From Phallusia mammillata (lineage: Eukaryota), in contig OZ281495.1 of assembly GCA_965637545.1 (NCBI GenBank), positions 28,024,001-28,088,000 on the forward strand: DNA of 64,000 nt, given 5' to 3'. Made by a program: the position numbers and the translations under genes. Under the pieces are notes generated by a model. The model searched no databases, had not been told where the DNA came from, and worked only from the letters and a program-made list of their open reading frames with translations. This document shows, piece by piece, positions 59,801 to 64,000 of this stretch (its first letter is position 1; each line of letters starts with the position of its first letter).

Positions 59801-62521
59801 TTTTGCACCAACATGTTCGTGAAGTGGTTTTATTGACAAAGTTAGGGGCATGTATAAAATCATGAAATAAATTGAAATTATTTCTTATCCCTGAACAAAT
59901 TAAGATTATTTCTTATCCCTAATGAATTTGAGATAACTGTCTACCCTAACATTACTCAACGCTTTGACAACTTGTCAAAAAAATTGGTTAAAAGCAAAAA
60001 AACAACCAACCTTTTAGGAATTTGTAAGCTGCGTTAGCTGAATGGTCATGAACGTCAATTTTCGCAAAAAGCGGAAATGTTGCCTGGTACTTCTGCCGCG
60101 CAAAGGTTTCAATTTCGCTGTTATCGTGGGGTTCTTGCTCGCCGAACTGGTTACATGGGAATCCAAGAACAGTAAAGGGCTCTTTTTGCTTGTCCACTAG
60201 GTCGCGTTGCAACTCAGCCAACTCCTGGTAATGTTCATGCGTATATCCGCATTCACTGGCCAAGTTAACGACCAAAGACACCTGTACATGTACAAGTTTA
60301 AACTTGTGTCAAAAATGTTTTCTACATTTTTCAAATGGCAACGAAGATTTTTTAATTGCCTTTCTTTAGTATATTGATACGAAGCTGCATTGCCTACATA
60401 ATGTTGCTGATTTGAATTGATTTTGATTTTTTGTAAAAGAAAACATAACAAAACAAACACAAATGACGTATATTAGGCCAATTGTTCCCACTACCCAGTG
60501 GTTTTTAAATACAGTTCTAATGGCACATAGTGTATTTCTGCAGAGCAATTTCCCAGGAGAGTTTGGTGTACCGACACCACAGCACTCCCGAATTTATAGT
60601 TTATTTTATTACCAATTTCCGCGCTTATCCTTCCAGTCACTAAAACAAATTTACCACCTAAATGTCACACGCCGATTAGAAACTAGGTAGCAAATATTTT
60701 GCTTTGTAACACCTACATGTTAAAGGGTGTACAAACAAACCCACACTTTCCCAATTCAGACTACTGGTAAATACGCGTTTACAGTCTGAGGGCAATTCTC
60801 CTAACGTACCAATGGAACATTCGCCGGCCATGTAGCTATTTGGTTTCCGCCTAAGTTAACACTTGCTTGCCCACGCAGATGTAAAAGTCGTCAAAGCAAA
60901 GTCTATGCTCACGCAATTCAACTGCTTTGAGTAACTTATTAACCGTATACAACACTCCTTATAAATAAAGTACGCAAATAAAGTTACCGCCAATGACTCA
61001 CTTTTCCTCGGTATTTCTCCAGCGAAACTTGCTTCCCACGAATGTTCTGGACCTTAAAACTGTAGAAACCCCCCTTACCGCACAGGACGGAGTCCATTAG
61101 CAGGGAAATCAAAGCTAAAAAATACAGAATACTCCTGCAGAAATCCATTTCCTATGAACTCCGTTTCCATTGACTGTAAATGGAAATGACGCTTGACTGG
61201 TTTCGTTGGCGGCGAAGTTCTTTTTTTTTATTTGTCTCTCGTTTTTCCCTTTTTCTGTTTCTTATCTTGGGTGGCGAAGTAATTTTAATCTCTCTCTGGA
61301 AAATGGTTTTACTGTAGTACAAAACCTTTCTTTCCTTACGCAATCATGTGATATTTGACGATTTTTGTGAAAGAGTTAAACCATAATTTAAGTTGTACAT
61401 AGTGCAGTAAATTTTGAATTGCCGCAATTCACAAATCATTTTTTTGTTTCAGATAAGCCGCAAGCATTTCGATAGCATTATGGGTTACATTAAAGCTGGC
61501 AAAGAAGAAGGGGCAAAACTGGAATGCGGAGGGTCAAGACATGGAGATAAGGGACTTTATATTCAACCTACTGTCTTTTCTGGTGTCACGGATGAAATGA
61601 AAATTGCTAAAGAAGAGGTACAAAAATCGCTTCAAGACTTCTATTACTTTTGTGTGTAGTAGTGCTAAAACCAGAATTTTAATGACGATTTGTGCATTCG
61701 TCCGCTGAACATTTTTATAAAGTTTTAAAAATGTATCATTTTTACAGATCTTCGGGCCGGTTCAATGCATACTTAAGTTCTCGACCATTGAAGAGGTTGT
61801 AGAAAGAGCAAACAATACACAATATGGCCTTGCTGCTGGCATTTTTACACAGAACGTCAGTGTTGCCCTTGAAATATCCAAAGCGCTGGAATCAGGAACA
61901 GTTTGGTGAGTTGAAATTACGAAACCTCTTTATTTCATACCTAGTATATTTTTAAACTCTTTTTACATTATTTTTTCTTCTGGTATTTCAGGGTCAACTG
62001 CTACAATGCCTTTGCTGTTCAGAGTCCATTTGGTGGTCTAAAAATGTCCGGAAAAGGAAAAGAAATGTAAGTATTCTTATGCAGTCATACACAACTTGGT
62101 TTAGTTAGATAAAACATATCGGAACGAGAAAACACCTTAACAATATGTCAGATCTACGAAATGTCTATCAGATCTACTAAAAGACCAACAAAGCTCATAT
62201 AAAAGTGAATTATTTCCCCCTGTTAATAAGAATTGAAGTCTGATTTTGAATCAGAAGCACTGTTCAAATATTGTAACTGTAAATTCAAAGATAATCAACT
62301 CTAAACTGCTCCACATATTACGTAGGGCAAGAATTTTTAGCCAACACTAACAGTTGTTTTGTCCGTCGAAGTTTTTCATTGACACAAATCTCTTTTGATT
62401 CAGGGGTGAGGAGAGTCTTCGCGAGTTTTCAGAAATCAAGACGGTGACGTTAAAACTCCCGCAGATCCAGAATATCTCTTTCAAGTCAAACGCCGTTCGG
62501 CAATACAGCGGTTCCACGTGA
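50852..62521 (+). CDS. ALDH1A: Aldehyde dehydrogenase, ALDH1 (retinal dehydrogenase-like) family, 11 exons, 535 aa
   Basis: Exons: 50852-50977, 56688-56792, 57290-57430, 57695-57886, 58186-58425, 58773-58875, 59095-59279, 61453-61617, 61748-61905, 61992-62066, 62404-62521; all phases are compatible. Motifs: [36 protein letters not shown], general-base Glu in TLEL, catalytic Cys in [24 protein letters not shown]. The acidic N-terminus has no mitochondrial presequence, favouring ALDH1 over ALDH2. The exact paralogue was not determined. Confidence 0.93.
51437..51497 (+). promoter_or_regulatory. Candidate stress-responsive enhancer: ARE (Nrf2/small Maf) + CRE + inverted CCAAT
   Basis: ATGACTCAGCAATT (51437-51450), TGACGTCA (51472-51479) and ATTGG (51493-51497) in ALDH intron 1. 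Confidence 0.5.
52453..52494 (+). repeat. Approx. 50-bp interspersed repeat, copy 3 (partial)
   Basis: ACTGGGATCAGCCCTGAAACGTTAATGCAGCCCAGCGATCAC matches copies 1 and 2. Confidence 0.7.
58495..58699 (+). mobile_element. Hairpin element (perfect 32-bp inverted arms, 14-bp flanking direct repeat) carrying a hammerhead core, in ALDH intron 5
   Basis: Arms 58542-58573 and 58656-58687 are exact reverse complements. ATAAATTAGATACG occurs at 58495-58508 and 58686-58699. AATAAA lies at 58630-58635. Confidence 0.75.
58590..58627 (+). ncRNA. Minimal type I hammerhead ribozyme motif
   Basis: TCA-CTGATGA-T-GGCA/TGAGCATT/TGCC-GAA-ACGT-T-TGA. This gives a 3-bp helix I, intact core boxes, a 4-bp helix II, a palindromic helix III and a GUU cleavage triplet. 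Confidence 0.62.
59528..61148 (-). CDS. GPX7: Glutathione peroxidase 7-like (Cys-type, ER-luminal), 3 exons, 192 aa, nested in ALDH intron 7
   Basis: Exons 61148-61002 (signal peptide, then [22 protein letters not shown]), 60281-60011 ([36 protein letters not shown]) and 59688-59528 ([20 protein letters not shown]). The peroxidatic codon is TGC (Cys). The C-terminus is the KDEL-like HREL, and there is no TM anchor, so GPX7 rather than GPX8. Confidence 0.93.
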
Positions 62522-63346
62522 TCACGCTGCGCCAACAGAAAAATATAAAACGAGAGCGTGTCGGCAGCGCCACCCAACGGATCGATTTGAACCATAAACA
62601 CAAACGTCTTTTTCGGCGGTGTTCAAAAACCTTTATTATTTATTAGCCTTTCGTATTTTTTCTTTTCTTTTTTTAAGCTTTTAACGTGTATTGAGTAAAT
62701 ATAAATAAGTATTGCCTGTTGGTTAGCCCTGAGAAACTGCAAAAATGCGTTTTGTGAATCGTTGCCAAGCTTTTGAGTGGATTTGGCTCGCATACGGAAT
62801 ATTACAAAACTGTTTAAGTTAAACCCGAAACAAATAAACTGGTTTTTTCTTTGCCACATTCGAGAAATATATGTTTGAAATTTATTACTTTACAAAGCGA
62901 ACGGTATATTTTGTACAACGGAAACAGAATAATGGGTGTATCTTCTAATTCCAAGAACATGTAGGCATACATCAAGTGACATTTTTTAATACTCTGCAAA
63001 ACGTTTGTTTCTTGTAATTTTTGCTCATTATCTTCCACTAATCTACGTTGCCTTTTCCGCCAATTTTATCCCCGCAGTCTTGTTTGATTTTTGTTAATTG
63101 TGCTTTTTGTAACTTGTAAAGCGCCTTCTTACTTCTGCGTATATCTACTCGCTTTGTGTACTTTTTTCTCGAGCTAACAACAAAGTGATAACCCATGCTT
63201 GATACGTTTGGTGAAAGCCAGAAATGCAGCATAATTTAGAACGGCTTTGCGTTGAATCACAGATACAAGGACTCATGCCGTTCAAGGTAGCAAAGAGATT
63301 TAAAACAGATAAAAAAACAGGGTATTTTTATTCAGAATGTTTAAAT

Positions 63347-63563
63347 CAGGGGTTCTTAACCTGGGGTGCACGTACCCCCAAGGGATGCGAGAACTGTTCC
63401 TAGGGGGTGCGGGGATGCTGAATCATTAAGGTTGGTTAGGTCTATTCTATTTAAGCAATTACAGAAGGGGGAGCGAAAATTGGTTAGTGATTTGCAAGGG
63501 GGTGCGAAAATTGGTTGGTGATTTGAAAGGGGTGCAGCAAGGAAAAAAGGTTAAGAACCACTG
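63347..63563. mobile_element. hAT-superfamily MITE, 217 bp
   Basis: TIRs CAGGGGTTCTTAACCT / AGGTTAAGAACCACTG; perfect 8-bp TSD GTTTAAAT; internal approx. 32-bp tandem duplication. Confidence 0.92.
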
Positions 63564-63872
63564 GTTTAAATGATTCAGCATTTCTTCTTAAGTGTGACAG
63601 GAACCACTATAACGAACGCTGATGTGTGTATCCAAAAACGTTTTTAGGGCGTCCTTGCAAAACACTAATAAGCTGAATACAAACGATGGGTTTATTTTCA
63701 CAACAATACATGCAAAACGTCACAAACACGTGCGCAGGAACTCTCGTCTAGATTTCGGATGGTATCCGGTCGGAAAGCAACAAAGCGAAACCTGCTAAAG
63801 ACAAAAACAGTTACAAATACTTTAAACCGGGCATTGCTCCATAAAGAATTTACACACCAGTAATATATGTTG

Positions 63873-63971
63873 TTATTGTGCAGTAGGAGCCGCATTGCCA
63901 GTGCCTTCCTTGCCCTCAGCCTTTTTGCTTCCAGAAACGATGTCATCAATACGAAGAAGCAACATAGCGGT
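63873..63971 (-). CDS. CCT3: Last coding exon of T-complex protein 1 subunit gamma (the rest of the gene lies beyond the window)
   Basis: Polypyrimidine tract + CAG acceptor, then TAMLLLRIDDIVSGSKKAEGKEGTGNAAPTAQ*. This matches the CCT3 C-terminus TAVLLLRIDDIVSGHKK. Confidence 0.9.
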   Translation of the reverse strand, partial: TAMLLLRIDDIVSGSKKAEGKEGTGNAAPTAQ

Positions 63972-64000
63972 CTGCGTGGATGATAGAAAAAAATAAAGAA

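Noticed and set aside
60245-60260. Possible selenocysteine in the glutathione peroxidase
   Set aside because: The active-site codon is TGC (Cys), so no Sec recoding or SECIS is needed.
63698-63949. 83-aa ORF from the track
   Set aside because: It is an off-frame reading of the CCT3 last exon and its 3' UTR.
1-64000. CRISPR arrays, rRNA, tRNA, operons or prokaryotic defence systems
   Set aside because: The sequence is eukaryotic with spliceosomal introns. No repeat-spacer array, tRNA cloverleaf or rRNA segment was seen.

Overview
AT-rich, intron-rich animal genomic DNA with GT-AG introns and no obvious CpG depletion. The chordate-like proteins suggest an invertebrate chordate such as an ascidian (inference). 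Most of the supplied ORF track is noise; the real genes are spliced and were assembled by hand with splice-phase checks. Genes: (1) minus strand, a 10-exon class A GPCR of the melatonin-receptor-like type (19063->923, 617 aa) with an approx. 270-aa C-terminal tail ending in a PDZ-type motif; (2) plus strand, UBL7 (25001-30670, 10 exons, 386 aa); (3) an approx. 20-kb gene-poor interval; (4) plus strand, a divergent cytosolic ALDH1-family aldehyde dehydrogenase (50852-62521, 11 exons, 535 aa); (5) a complete Cys-type GPX7 nested antisense in ALDH intron 7; (6) the last exon of CCT3 at the right edge, minus strand. Mobile DNA includes three intact hAT MITEs with 8-bp TSDs, a Helentron-type non-autonomous element with internal tandem repeats, and short hairpin elements carrying minimal hammerhead-ribozyme cores. 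The most notable observations are the hammerhead-in-hairpin elements, the nested ALDH/GPX7 redox pair with a perfect Nrf2-type ARE, two candidate duplicated alternative first exons of ALDH, and the long GPCR tail. All alignments and probability estimates were done by eye or by hand; no database search was run.
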